Source of the DNA: Histomonas meleagridis 2922-C6/04-290x | Taxonomy: Eukaryota; Protista; Parabasalia | Assembly (NCBI GenBank): GCA_020184695.1 | Contig: JAANOX010000258.1 | Coordinates: 62,001 to 126,000 of the forward strand | Direction: 5' to 3' | Length of the DNA stretch: 64,000 bases | Shown: in pieces, positions 42,734-54,332 of the stretch | Numbering within the stretch: the stretch's first letter is position 1 | How the letters are laid out: every line of letters starts with the position of its first letter | Program-made: the position numbers and the translations under genes | The notes under the pieces: generated by a model | Told to the model about the DNA's origin: nothing | Databases searched by the model: none | Seen by the model: the letters and a program-made list of their open reading frames with translations, nothing else

Positions 42734-43339
42734 ATGTGTGATGAATCGTTAAAAGTCGTGTTTCTTGGGGATGCAAATGTAGGAAAAACATCAATCATCA
42801 ATAGAGCTCTTAAGGGTATGTTTACAGATGAGATACAAGAAACAATTGGTGCATATTGTCAACAGAAAACAATTGATATTGATGGAAATGATGTTACATT
42901 AGATATTTGGGACACAGCAGGACAAGAAAAATTCAGATCTCTTGCACCAATGTATTATCGTGGAGCTGCAGCTGTAATCCTTGTTTATTCAATAACAGAT
43001 CTAAACTCATTTCAAGAACTTAACACTTGGATAAATGATTTAAAGCAAAATGGCTCACCACAGATTCTATTTATTGTCGGGAATAAAGCTGATCTTGAAG
43101 ACCAAAGAGTTATATCAACAGAAGATGGCGAATCTTTTGCTAAAAATGTATCAGCAACCTTCTTTGAAGTATCAGCAAAGGTTGGTACGTCAATTGAAGA
43201 ATTATTCAGTTCAGTTGCATTAGAAGCACATCAACAAGCACTTATTCCTGCTGCTGATGATAACAAACCTCCTCCACAAGGAGTTTTATTAGAAAAAACT
43301 AATGACCAAGCAGCCAACAATCAAAAATGCGGATGCTAG
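42734..43339 (+). CDS. Rab small GTPase (Rab5/21/22-like)
   Basis: GDANVGKT, DTAGQEKFRSLAPMYYRGA, NKAD, EVSAK and a C-terminal CGC. Confidence 0.9.
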   Translation: MCDESLKVVFLGDANVGKTSIINRALKGMFTDEIQETIGAYCQQKTIDIDGNDVTLDIWDTAGQEKFRSLAPMYYRGAAAVILVYSITDLNSFQELNTWINDLKQNGSPQILFIVGNKADLEDQRVISTEDGESFAKNVSATFFEVSAKVGTSIEELFSSVALEAHQQALIPAADDNKPPPQGVLLEKTNDQAANNQKCGC

Positions 43340-44235
43340 CATGTTTTGGAAGACGATTTAGGGATAAACCACACAATTCATGTTGTAACACATTGAATTT
43401 TTTTCAATTTCGATTAACGTTTTATGAATTTTCATTCAATTAACTGAAAAGTGAATTGAGTTGGCTCACAAACTTTGAATGCTGACTGTAAAGTTTTTAA
43501 ATATCGTTTGTTTTTGTTTGTGGTTGGATCATAAAAAACTGCCATTTTGTTGTTATGAGTTCCTCGTCATGTTCTTGCTCAAGTTCTTGCTGCCACTGCT
43601 GCTGCTGTAAATGCAACCTCCTCTAATATTCTTAATAAAAATCCTTAACATGAACTTGTTTTTGTATATTCTTTTCAAACTATTTTGAGAATAATGTGAT
43701 TTAATTAATGTGTATCAAAACAATATTTGTCATAATAAGAATAATCCCATGCATAAGATAATCCTTTTAGACAAAGAAGCATGAGCAGTTCGATTTATCA
43801 AAAAGGAATGACATGTTTGAAGCATGGAAGAATAATTTTTTGAATTCGTATTTTTGCGCATCACCAAATGGTAAAAATGAAAATTGCCTTTAAAATAGTT
43901 GAACAACAAATGTATTTATCATTATTTTCTGATTTAAATGCATATTTTTCTGTAACATATCATTCAGAATACATCAAAAAACAAAACGGCTCTTTGTTCT
44001 TTAATTAAAAGAGTGTACTTTGTCTCTTTTTAGATGCTTGAATTAAAAATTAATTCATCTTCGTTGTGTACACTTTTTGAATACACGTCCAAAAAAACCC
44101 ATTGAAATATTGTCATACTTTGTTTGATTTAAGTCAAATTTCTTGTTTCAGATATATTTACTCATTAATTAAAATTGTTTAAAAAAGAAGGTTCATCAGT
44201 TCATGAAAATATTTCAAATTATATGAATCGTTTAT

Positions 44236-45657
44236 TTATTCATTTTTGTTTTGCAAGAACATTCCAAGTAATTTCACCGAGAATATTCTGAGCACGTCCA
44301 CTCCAACAGTATTCTTTCCTATCATAGTAAATCTAAATTTTCTTATTAAACAATTAATATTTACAGGAATTTCTTCCTGGAATTTTCCATCATAAATTTG
44401 AATTTCATTTCCTTCATTAGTTATACCAACAATATTAATATGTTTCGGAATTGGACACATTGACTCTTGATCTTTCTGATCAATTTTATCTTTTGTCAAT
44501 GAGAAAAATTTCGAAATTTTCCTTTGCACATATTCCTCACTAAAACATTTAACCACAATTATCTCAGGTTGGAAAAGAGACATTTCGCCTAAATCAATCT
44601 CATAAAAAGGATTTTTCGATTCAGATATAAAATATGTTAACGGATTCTCCATCAATGGATTTGACACGCACTTAGAGTCGATGCTAACGTCGCTTGTGTT
44701 GCATTTTAGCATGCCATATGTGATGGGATCAACATTAGAAACCATTTTACCCATGGAGGATAAGAAAGAAACAGGATCAACAGAAAATTTATCATCTTGA
44801 TACTTGGAGCCAGCGATAATGGATTGACACCATGTTAAAGGGAACCAGGAAGATACTTCATCAGAAGAGGTTTTGGTAAGCTCGGAAAATTCTTTGAAAT
44901 TCTTTCGACGGAATTTCATCAATTCGCGATACAATGGTCGAATAATATGTGAGGGCATCCACAAACATTTGTGGCGAGCAAGATATTGATAGGAATTAGG
45001 AGATGACCAATCAACAACAGTAGAAAGATCATTTTGATGTGATTTATCTGTTATAGGTGAAAAGGCATGGAATTTGCCGATTATACTAAGCTTCTCATCT
45101 GGCGGCATGTTATCTAAATGTGGTGACTTAAGGATAAGGTAAAGAATCTTGGAATTGATTGAATTAAATAAATCATAGAGTTTAAATGAGGAGAAATGAG
45201 TTGCAATAATTTTAACAAGAGCATCTGCCGAATCAGGAATATCATATTCAACGCATTTTTTGGAGTATTGAAGAACATTTTGATAATTAATATCCCTTAC
45301 AAAATATTCATATGCAATTAATTGTAACTTACGAATTTTTAGATGGAGTGCTATAGATAGAATGGCAACTACATTTTCCGAGCAAATTTCAATTTGATTT
45401 GTATATAAGAATTCAAGACAAGCAATTAACATACTCTGTGGGTTCATATATTTTTCTGCTTTGAACGTATAGATTCCTTCTTGATTTTCCTTTAAAAACA
45501 ATTCCTTGAAGAATTCGGAATTATGTGCTAAAACAATTTTATGGCAAGGGAACTCTTTATCTTCTGCTAAAACATTACAATCTATAAAAAGGTTGTTTTG
45601 TCTATAATTGTTAAAAGAACATTGAAGACGTTGGAGAAGGGATACATTAAAATTCAT
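44236..45657 (-). CDS. BTB/POZ domain protein with a C-terminal beta-sandwich-like region
   Basis: FIDCNVLAEDKEFPCHKIVLAHNSEFFKELF and LEFLYTNQIEI. The likely ATG is 45657, downstream of the start in the ORF track. Confidence 0.8.
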   Translation of the reverse strand: MNFNVSLLQRLQCSFNNYRQNNLFIDCNVLAEDKEFPCHKIVLAHNSEFFKELFLKENQEGIYTFKAEKYMNPQSMLIACLEFLYTNQIEICSENVVAILSIALHLKIRKLQLIAYEYFVRDINYQNVLQYSKKCVEYDIPDSADALVKIIATHFSSFKLYDLFNSINSKILYLILKSPHLDNMPPDEKLSIIGKFHAFSPITDKSHQNDLSTVVDWSSPNSYQYLARHKCLWMPSHIIRPLYRELMKFRRKNFKEFSELTKTSSDEVSSWFPLTWCQSIIAGSKYQDDKFSVDPVSFLSSMGKMVSNVDPITYGMLKCNTSDVSIDSKCVSNPLMENPLTYFISESKNPFYEIDLGEMSLFQPEIIVVKCFSEEYVQRKISKFFSLTKDKIDQKDQESMCPIPKHINIVGITNEGNEIQIYDGKFQEEIPVNINCLIRKFRFTMIGKNTVGVDVLRIFSVKLLGMFLQNKNE

Positions 45658-45824
45658 TTTGGGAAAAGTGACGGCTGTCTCACGTTGAATTTTCATGTCA
45701 CATGTCATTACATATTTGAAAACTCTTTGCAACAAAATCATCAAGAATTTACCAAAATATAAACATACCACACAATCATTTTTTAATGAAAATTTATTAA
45801 CATTATGAATAATAATTATCAAAC

Positions 45825-46772
45825 TCAATTCTTATTCAAATCCAAATCATTCTTGTTTTGATATATTTCATCCCAGTCAATAATTGGATCAAATACAACG
45901 AAAGAACATTTCATTTCTTCATCAACTTTCATCACTGCAGCTCTATTTCCAACTTCATAACAATAATTTGGTGCAGAGAAAACAGTTACTATTCCTCCTG
46001 CTTCACCAAATGGAAAATCAAATCCCGTTTCCACATACTGATGACCTCTGCATACAAGATCGAATCCAAATTTCCTTCTGAATTCATTCAAATGGTCGAC
46101 CCCAAAGAAGTAGCTCGTGCCTCGTGCATTTGGAGCCCAATCATTTGCTTCTGGATCAGGATCTGACCACATCAAATCACAAAGAATTCCCTCATCTGGG
46201 ATTTCTGTTGGTCTTTGGATGTTGGATATATCATCTATGCTTTTAATATATTGAGAAATTCCTCCATGGACACAAAATATTTTGTTATTAAGAATTGCAG
46301 CTACTGGAAGACAATTAAAAACATCACAAAAAATATGCCAAATGTTAGGACTGTAGCGTTCGTTACATTCTTTGTAGAATTCAAACTCTTCACCTTGTTT
46401 GGAACTCTCATGATTCCCTCTTAATAAAAAGAAAATCTCTGGGTATTTTACCTTCAAGGCAAATAAAAGACATATTGTTTCAATACTTTGTTTCCCACGG
46501 TCAACATAATCACCCAGAAACAAATAATTAGTTTCTGGTGGATATTTACAAACTTCGAATAATCTAAGTAGATCGTGGTATTGTCCGTGTATGTCACCAC
46601 AAACTGTTACAGGCCCTTGTATTTTTAATAAAATTGGTTGATCAAGAAATATTTTTCTAACCGTCTGGCAAAGCCAGATGATTTCACCAACTGTAAGCCC
46701 AGAAGGAGTTCCAAGTGGTGACTCTCTTACAGCAACAAGTTTTGAGAGAATTTTATCAATGATTACATCCAT
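45825..46772 (-). CDS. PP1-like Ser/Thr protein phosphatase catalytic subunit (divergent)
   Basis: GDIHG, GDYVDRG, RGNHE, HGG, DLMWSDP and SAPNYC motifs. The segment after GNHE (SSKQGEEFEF) departs from canonical PP1. Confidence 0.9.
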   Translation of the reverse strand: MDVIIDKILSKLVAVRESPLGTPSGLTVGEIIWLCQTVRKIFLDQPILLKIQGPVTVCGDIHGQYHDLLRLFEVCKYPPETNYLFLGDYVDRGKQSIETICLLFALKVKYPEIFFLLRGNHESSKQGEEFEFYKECNERYSPNIWHIFCDVFNCLPVAAILNNKIFCVHGGISQYIKSIDDISNIQRPTEIPDEGILCDLMWSDPDPEANDWAPNARGTSYFFGVDHLNEFRRKFGFDLVCRGHQYVETGFDFPFGEAGGIVTVFSAPNYCYEVGNRAAVMKVDEEMKCSFVVFDPIIDWDEIYQNKNDLDLNKN

Positions 46773-47179
46773 GATGGGAAAATTACGTTTACATTTATTT
46801 CGTTATTGTATAGTTTATAATCCTTGGGAAAAAAGCCAACTAAAAAACTCAAAGAGATTGCTGTTCTCATATTATATCTTTTTATTTACAATATATGAAA
46901 ATCATTTGTGTTAATAGTATACCAAGCAGAAAATATTAGTAAGAACATTTAAAAAAAAATTGATTAAATAGAAAGACAATTAAATTTTTTTTCTGAAAAT
47001 ATTGTTGCTAAGAGAGAACAAGAATTTAAAAAAATTTACATAAAGATTCTCAATGTAATGTGCGTTTCTAATAGATCCCATCAAATCTTTTTCATGAGCA
47101 CTTTTGCCCGCTTTTCCTTAATTTTGACAAACTTTGTTCGAAATAATGGCGCATCAAAGTAACATCAAAATCGATTCAA

Positions 47180-49822
47180 ATGAAGGAAAACTCGCAAAAC
47201 GAAAAAGACCAAAGCAGCCAAGGCCAAGTTAGTCAAGCAATTCCAGAAGATATTGTAGAAGCGACAATGCCTGCTTTTGAATCAGTATCAAATTTATTTG
47301 ATTATTTCTTTTCGAATGATGAAGATAAAATCATTAGATCTTGGGTTGCTAGATATAACAAGAATCAATTAGAAGCTTTTTGCGAATTATTAACATTGAT
47401 TATGCAAATAGCAGGAAAGAAAGTTGAAATTACGCCAGAATATATTGAAGGAAACTTACAAGAATATGCTCTTACTGAATTCCAAGAAGGCATCAATGAA
47501 GGGAATGGAGAAATACCTTTAGATACATTTTTGAAAGATAAAAATAATAATAAATTACAAAAATTCTGGAAACAAATGAGTAACACAATGATTTCATGTG
47601 GGGCTTTATATTCCAATCAATATCATACATTTCGTAGATGGCTTCCTACATTTAATAGTAAATGTCTAATTCGTTCTCTTCGAATTAGCTCATCCTTTTG
47701 TATCTTCGAATTACTTAGATCCTTAGCTACATCACTTTCAAGTACCGATTTCGAACTTGAACGACTTCGAACACTTGAATCGACAGATACAATCAGTCAA
47801 CAAATAGATGTCTTAGAACATGAAGCGCAATTTTACACATCAGCTTCAAATGATCTCTTCCAAAACTTTGTTATAGTTCGCACCAGAGATGTTGATCCAT
47901 TTATTCGAAATATGTCAATTACATTAATTACTGATTTATCACATATATATCCCAAACTCTTTGCAGATGTACAAAAACTTAATTATATTGGTCGAGCTAC
48001 GTATGATCAAACGCATAAAAATCGCAAAAATGCATTAAAATGTTTAAGTCAAATTTTCAATGATTTACCCGCCGATACGACCTCTGAAATTTCAGAACGT
48101 TACATTGGGCATATTATTGAATTATGTGATGACAAAGATAACTCAGTATCATCGATGGCACTTGAATGCTTATATGTATTAAGTGAGAAAGGGATGATAG
48201 GCGAACTTGATTGCACGCATATATTTGAGTTATTATGTGACGATAGTAAATCAGTTCGATTATCAGCATCTAAATTTGTTACTGCACATTATTTTAAATC
48301 TGATACGAATGATTTAACGAAACTTGTTGAATTTTCGTCTAAGTTTAATTCTGATGATTTACCATATGTTATCTCTACATTATATCCCAAAGTTAAATGT
48401 ATTCGACAATTTGATAAAATCTGCGAAATGATGATGAATGAAAGCGATGACAAAACAATAGAACTATTATCACATATCTTATTAATATCATCAGAACGAA
48501 CAGTTGGGAAAATCGAAAAGATTCCGCCCGAATCAGATAAACGAATACGGAAACTAACGTTGACATTAGTTAAACAATTACCGAAAATGATTCGGGCTTT
48601 CCAATCGGAGAATGAAACAGTTATTCATTTGATTGAAGCATCGCGTTTATTGGACTTAGATACAATATCAGATAATTCATGCGAACATTTGTATCAACAA
48701 TTACTCGGCGAAATCAGAGATATCTTTATGAACAACAACGACAAAAATGTATATACGTCATCAATAGTTTCATTATATGAATTATCATTAGGGAATCATC
48801 AATTAAGTTCTTTAGCTAAAGAGGAATTAAACCGGTTGGCTGTGGACTGTACGAAGATCGAAGACACTGAAAACGATTGTACTATTGGTAAATTTGTGGC
48901 TGCAACGCGTTTAATCGATGTGTCGGACAATAATAAGTTACGCGACCAAATATTGAAACAAATTACAGACTCAAAAAGTGATTCGTACATTGCAAATTGT
49001 ATCGAATGTTTACAATATTTCTATAAGTGGGATATAAAGAGAATACGTTTAAACCCAGAAATGATTGGCAATTACATGGATACGTTTAACGAATATTTAC
49101 AAACGTTCGTGAAACATTTGAAAATCGGTTCACTCAAAGTTAAAGAAGAGTCATTCAAAGCATTGAGTACTTTATTTTCATTGTCGCCTTTTCTGAGAGT
49201 TAACAACGATGAAAATGAAGAAGAAAAAGAACTGATGCCGATAGAAGACATCGATTTGTTTTACAATTCATTTCATAAGTTTCTGAAGAAAAGTGAACTA
49301 TTCGAATATGCGGCCAGACCCATTCAAATCCATTCAATCCCTATTTCATATTCAGCACATTTGATGATATATTATGGTAACGAATATATGCAGGTGAACG
49401 TTAAGGCATTATGGAAAGAGTTGGCCCCGTATAAGTTAATAGACGGCTCGCAGCTGTTTAACGCTTTTATTGAATCGGATATCGATGAAAACGCTCTGAA
49501 AATTTCCGCCAGATTCATTATTGGCAAATTTGATACATTTCAAATGGTGAAGAATTGGTTTGAAAATGGCGAAAACGATAAGTATTTGATTGTTATCGTA
49601 CAGTTTTTGTTCTCAATTTCGCCTGACAATGCAATTGAACTATCAGAAATTGCTAGTGAAAGATTTGAGCCAATCCTACAGAAAATTGCGAACAAAGAAA
49701 AGCCGACACAAAAAATGGTCACCGGACTTATGTCAAGCAGAAAGGAGACAAGGAAAAGAGCAAACGATAACGACGATATCGAAGAAGAACCGGCGGAGAC
49801 GTTTATTTCTAGACAAATTTGA
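47180..49822 (+). CDS. SCC3: Cohesin subunit STAG/Scc3 (stromal antigen)
   Basis: STAG/SCD motifs RSLRISSSF and FVIVRTRDVDPFIR...YPKLF...LNYIGRATYD...RKNALKCL in a HEAT-like helical protein. Confidence 0.8.
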   Translation: MKENSQNEKDQSSQGQVSQAIPEDIVEATMPAFESVSNLFDYFFSNDEDKIIRSWVARYNKNQLEAFCELLTLIMQIAGKKVEITPEYIEGNLQEYALTEFQEGINEGNGEIPLDTFLKDKNNNKLQKFWKQMSNTMISCGALYSNQYHTFRRWLPTFNSKCLIRSLRISSSFCIFELLRSLATSLSSTDFELERLRTLESTDTISQQIDVLEHEAQFYTSASNDLFQNFVIVRTRDVDPFIRNMSITLITDLSHIYPKLFADVQKLNYIGRATYDQTHKNRKNALKCLSQIFNDLPADTTSEISERYIGHIIELCDDKDNSVSSMALECLYVLSEKGMIGELDCTHIFELLCDDSKSVRLSASKFVTAHYFKSDTNDLTKLVEFSSKFNSDDLPYVISTLYPKVKCIRQFDKICEMMMNESDDKTIELLSHILLISSERTVGKIEKIPPESDKRIRKLTLTLVKQLPKMIRAFQSENETVIHLIEASRLLDLDTISDNSCEHLYQQLLGEIRDIFMNNNDKNVYTSSIVSLYELSLGNHQLSSLAKEELNRLAVDCTKIEDTENDCTIGKFVAATRLIDVSDNNKLRDQILKQITDSKSDSYIANCIECLQYFYKWDIKRIRLNPEMIGNYMDTFNEYLQTFVKHLKIGSLKVKEESFKALSTLFSLSPFLRVNNDENEEEKELMPIEDIDLFYNSFHKFLKKSELFEYAARPIQIHSIPISYSAHLMIYYGNEYMQVNVKALWKELAPYKLIDGSQLFNAFIESDIDENALKISARFIIGKFDTFQMVKNWFENGENDKYLIVIVQFLFSISPDNAIELSEIASERFEPILQKIANKEKPTQKMVTGLMSSRKETRKRANDNDDIEEEPAETFISRQI

Positions 49823-50174
49823 AATGTGTAAACCATTCAATACTGTAACTGTAAATTTATTGTATTCAAAAAGTGAATGATTTGTTTGCTGATGTAATTT
49901 ATTTGCATTGGACACATCGTCAATTTTATCACATTAGATAAGTAACGTTCGTATTTATATTTTGAATTCAAAAAATTACGTGATAATATTATGTAGATAT
50001 ATTGCAATTTGCAATTGAATTTTTTCCCGGAATTTCTTAGATATCTCTCTATTTTAAATATTTTTTTCAATATATAGTAACATAGTTTATTATGCATTTT
50101 CATCAACAAATCATGTATTTGATATTTACTTATATGTCTGAAGATAAAACTAAAGATTTGATAAGCTTTTGTAT

Positions 50175-50727
50175 CCATAAAGATAATTATGAAATATTAG
50201 CATTTTGGAAGAAAAAGGATGAAAAATTAACAATAATATTATTAATACCTCAGTAAGAAGAACGGAAATTTATATCTCTTTAAATCTTTCCTTCAAAATA
50301 ATCAAATTCCTAAAAATGTTTTGCCATTTGCTTCAAAATCGAAAAATATTGAACTTGTGAAATATTTTTAAATAAAGAAGGAATTGATGTTAATGCAAAA
50401 AATATTCATTTGAATAATCTGAAATATGTTTTAATAATTGCAAATATGCTTAAATAATTTAGAAGCTGTTTTAATAATTTTTAATATGTTTTAATAATTT
50501 TTAATATGTTTTAATAATTTGAAACAGCACTTCATATTGCAGTTAGAAATAATAATATAGAAATAGTAAAATTACTTTTAGATAAAGGAATTGATGTTAA
50601 TGCAAAAAATATTCATTTGAATAATTTGGAATATGTTTTAATATTTTGGAATATGTTATAATAATATCTGACTGCAGATAGAAAGAAAAGCATCAAAACA
50701 AATGTTAATAAAAACATACAAACATAA
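50175..50727 (+). pseudogene. DUF3447-ankyrin relic carrying 6-block and 3-block spacers of 17 nt + codon
   Basis: NYEILAFLEEKG*, GNLYLFKSFLQNNQIPKN and EGIDVNAKN fragments with a stop and frameshifts. Spacers at 50404-50523 and 50611-50670. Confidence 0.75.
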
Positions 50728-51388
50728 TTTCCATATAAAAATTAACAAAATAACATTATACATAAAACACATTACCTATTACCAAGTGTATCCATAAAAT
50801 GTAAATACATAACTACAATTATATTATAAAGTTCATTTAAGAAAAACTTCAAGAAAAAATTGTTAGCAACAACATAACAAGATCATGGATTTCTATAAAT
50901 ATGAATTTCTATGCAATATATTTAATGAATAACAACTTCCTTTGTGTGAGATTTCAAAAGCGTTTCCATTAAAAAAATATTAGAGTTCTCCAGTATAGAC
51001 AACTTCCCTTGTAAATCATTATTTTTTACTTTAAAATAACCAAAATTAGAAGTATATTCCAATTAATATATATTTAGGAAATTTCCTTTTATATCATAAT
51101 AAGATTAATTAATAATGCTTTATATCTTAATTGAACTCAAAATTCATTTTTATTCATTATTTTTAACTTTTATTTAAATTAGTTTCTATATTGTCTTAAC
51201 ATTTCACCCACATAATTTATGTTATTTTTGAAGAAATTTTCTTGATAAATAAGATGATAAAAAGTTAGAATATTTTTGTTTTCATGTAATATTTTACTAA
51301 GTAAATTTCCTTCTCCATAAAGTATTGAATTATGGCATATTATTTCGACACAATTTTTTATGGCATCTTTCAAGGAAATAGCCATAAA

Positions 51389-52027
51389 ATGAAACTTCAG
51401 ATCAAAAATATGGGAGATAAATCAAAATTTGAAATAGATATTGATGATTGCCAAAATGTCAAGGACCTAAAGCGTAAAATTGCTACTAAGTATGGCTGTA
51501 AAATTTCTAATATTCGGCTAATATATGCAATGGAAATAATGAAAAATATACAACCACTTTCTTCTTTTGATTTCAAACCTAAAAAGCCTATTTCTCTTTA
51601 CATATCTGAAAGTCATCAAAAACCAAAAGAAACAAACAAAGAATTTTCTATTTCAAATTTAGACCCACCAATTTCTCAACCATCTGAAGAGGTAATAAAA
51701 CAGTTTCAACAGAAGCTAGGGACGTCAGAATATTCCACTTTGGATAACCCAGAAGTTCAATCTGGAATATCAGAAATCCTCAAAGGAATTCAACAGATGA
51801 TTCAAAAAGGAAACAGAAAATACGACGAGGTTTATGTTTTATTAGACGGCCTTCTTTCCGGTAGCATCAAACCAGAAAAGGATGAAAATCCGTATCCACA
51901 ACAATTGAAAGAAATGGAGGAATTAAACATTGCGAGTCGAGAAAGCTGTATAGAAGCTCTCAGGGTGACAAACGGCAACGTAGATGACGCTGTTGCTTGG
52001 ATAATAGACAATAACAAAGTAATATAA
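51389..52027 (+). CDS. UBL-UBA protein (Rad23/Dsk2-like architecture)
   Basis: N-terminal ubiquitin-like domain (MKLQIKNMGDKSKFEIDI...RLIYAMEIMK) and C-terminal UBA (QLKEMEELN...ALRVTNGNVDDAVAWI). Confidence 0.8.
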   Translation: MKLQIKNMGDKSKFEIDIDDCQNVKDLKRKIATKYGCKISNIRLIYAMEIMKNIQPLSSFDFKPKKPISLYISESHQKPKETNKEFSISNLDPPISQPSEEVIKQFQQKLGTSEYSTLDNPEVQSGISEILKGIQQMIQKGNRKYDEVYVLLDGLLSGSIKPEKDENPYPQQLKEMEELNIASRESCIEALRVTNGNVDDAVAWIIDNNKVI

Positions 52028-52060
52028 ATATATCTTCATATTTAAATTTCTAATTTTTTT

Positions 52061-52813
52061 CTAAGTCTGAGCAATAAAAACAGAAAGGGCAATCCCAAAT
52101 ACCGAAAGTGGAGTGACAATTTCAACTGAATCGATTTCGATGAGAGAATTTGAGATTTTTCTGATGCCTATGTACTCACAATTATTGCACTCATTGACTA
52201 AAATGCAATTTTTTGTGCTTGGTGTGGCTTCTTTTCCATCAAAATCGATTTCCCAATATCCGTCAGCATTATAATCACACTTTCGATTAACAAGTTTTTG
52301 TGGCACTAAAGAATCTTTCTGGAAAAATGTCAGTGATATGTCCTTCGGTATATTTCTATTTCTGCTTGGATGAGATATTTGAATTGATAATATCTCTTTT
52401 CCATATTCGGTTTTTGCCCTCAGTGAAAATGAATTGTGATTATTTCCAGTGAGAAGAAATCCAGCAAATTCTTTAGAGCTATAATGCATTTCTGGACCTT
52501 TTGCAATTGGAATTGGCTTTTCAGGTCTTCTTCCTTTAAGCTTAGTTGAATATAAAATTTTTCCTTCTCGCGAAAATTGAATTTTAATTCTAGTTCCACG
52601 AATTGTATGAACTGTATTATAAGTACATTGATATAATTTAAGTTCATTTGAAATAAGAGGATCAACTCTTTTTCTTACTGGAATTCCCTTCATACCTTGT
52701 AAATTAGAAATGCTTGAAAGAAAATCGTTTGGTTTTTCTTCCATTCGATTGAATGAGGGCGCCCCAAATTCACACAACTCTGTTCGGACCAAATTGAAAG
52801 GAATTGAACACAT
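52061..52813 (-). CDS. Tubby C-terminal domain-like protein
   Basis: LVNRKCDYNADGYWEIDFDGKEATPSTKNCILV resembles the tubby N.xP.WN...Y.L.F.GR....SVKNF motif. Confidence 0.7.
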   Translation of the reverse strand: MCSIPFNLVRTELCEFGAPSFNRMEEKPNDFLSSISNLQGMKGIPVRKRVDPLISNELKLYQCTYNTVHTIRGTRIKIQFSREGKILYSTKLKGRRPEKPIPIAKGPEMHYSSKEFAGFLLTGNNHNSFSLRAKTEYGKEILSIQISHPSRNRNIPKDISLTFFQKDSLVPQKLVNRKCDYNADGYWEIDFDGKEATPSTKNCILVNECNNCEYIGIRKISNSLIEIDSVEIVTPLSVFGIALSVFIAQT

Positions 52814-53049
52814 TGTTTTTTATTGTGTAAACGTATCAAAAAAATATTTGAAAGAGAATTTCAATATAATTTTTTGTATATTGACATTCATAAATGAATG
52901 ATAAAAGAGAAATCGAAATGTGTGATCTAACAGAGAATCACTGACAAAATCTAGTGAACGAGAAGAAGGACCAACAAATTATTTACACATTAGTTGTAAT
53001 CTAGAAAAACTTATGAAGATTCCAAAACTTGCCAATCATCATTTGCATC

Positions 53050-53897
53050 TTATCAATAATTTTTTAACTACACTTTGCTTCTGTACATTCTTTATACCCC
53101 GGAATGAGTATCTTGAAGCAAAAAAGCAAAATCCAGATCTTAAATTTTTTGAAGTTTCGAGTATTCCGATTGCATTACATTGAGTAAGCTATGTTTCCCT
53201 AGTTATGCTTGCATGTTCAATTCTAATATATTTTTTTCGAAGTAATGATGAAGATACAAGTAAAAGTATTTTTTTTATATGTATTATATGTTGTGTAGCT
53301 TTATCTGCGATAATATTATATGGCAAATACAGCTTAGAACAAGATGTTGTTTTTCAAGCCTTCCAATATACCAAGTCATATACCGATTATGAAAATCAAC
53401 AATATGATCACACAAAATCCATATTTAAAAATATATTACTCAGGTTATACTTTCTATGGTCGATATAAATGTTTTCCCATGTCCAAAATTATTCAAGTCA
53501 ATGATTCCATAACAACAACATCAATTCGCACCATTAAAGACAATGGTTGGGTGACTTGTACAAGTCACATTAAATGTTGAGACAACGAAAGAAATACGGG
53601 ATTATGTATATCTTTATAGCTCAACATATCTAAGACATTTACCAACAATCACTTACGGCGGATATAAAATTATGACACGAATATGGTATTGGTGACAAAA
53701 AGTGAAAGTTTAAATACAGTAAGGCTGTTGGAATTGTGATGTCAATATTCTTTTCAGGAGTAGGATATGTCTATAGGCTGAGCGCCGTCCCGAAGTATTA
53801 TCCAGTGGTTACGAAGTCAAGCCTTCAAATGCCGATGGAGCCAATTAATGAAAGCGATATACTCTTTGATATAATTAGTTTAACAGGTTGCGAATAA
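53050..53897 (+). pseudogene. Third, decayed copy of the 17430/18834 membrane protein family
   Basis: CFCTFFIPRNEYLEAKKQNPDLKFFEVSSIPIALH* (TGA where paralogues have Trp) and a C-terminus GVGYVYRLSAVPKYYPVV...IISLTGCE*. Multiple stops and frameshifts. Confidence 0.75.
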
Positions 53898-54332
53898 AAT
53901 TCAATTTATGTTAAAATGTTTTTATTTAGTATCAATATAATGATTTTCTTTAAGATAAATTGTTTTTATTACAAATGGATAAATGTTTAATTTCTTTTAA
54001 TTGAATATTAAGATGTGTATTGATGAAAATAGACACTTGTGATCATTGTTATTTTATATTTATATTTACGAAATCATATGACTAACTATTTACCTTTCAT
54101 GATTTTAGAATCATAATAATGTTCTTTTATATATATCAAAATATTTCTCATGTACCAAATGATGTGAACAATCTTTTTAAAAAATAATTATGATTATGTA
54201 TGAAGAAAATGCAAAACGAGGAATTAATTCAACTAAGATATTCAAGCAAAAATGATACAAAATTATAATATAGAAAAACTTCGTTATTGAAGCAGCATAA
54301 TTTAACTTGTAACATTTATTTGTGAACAAAAA

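Noticed and set aside
43480-43950. Minus-strand Gln/Glu-rich coding-like fragments (LQQQQWQQELEQEHDEE)
   Set aside because: Multiple stops and no recognisable family. This is at most an unidentifiable relic.
45658-45828. 4-bp overlap between PP1-like and BTB ORFs suggesting coupled translation
   Set aside because: The BTB N-terminal extension in the ORF track is low-complexity and non-conserved. The likely ATG is 45657, leaving a normal intergenic gap.
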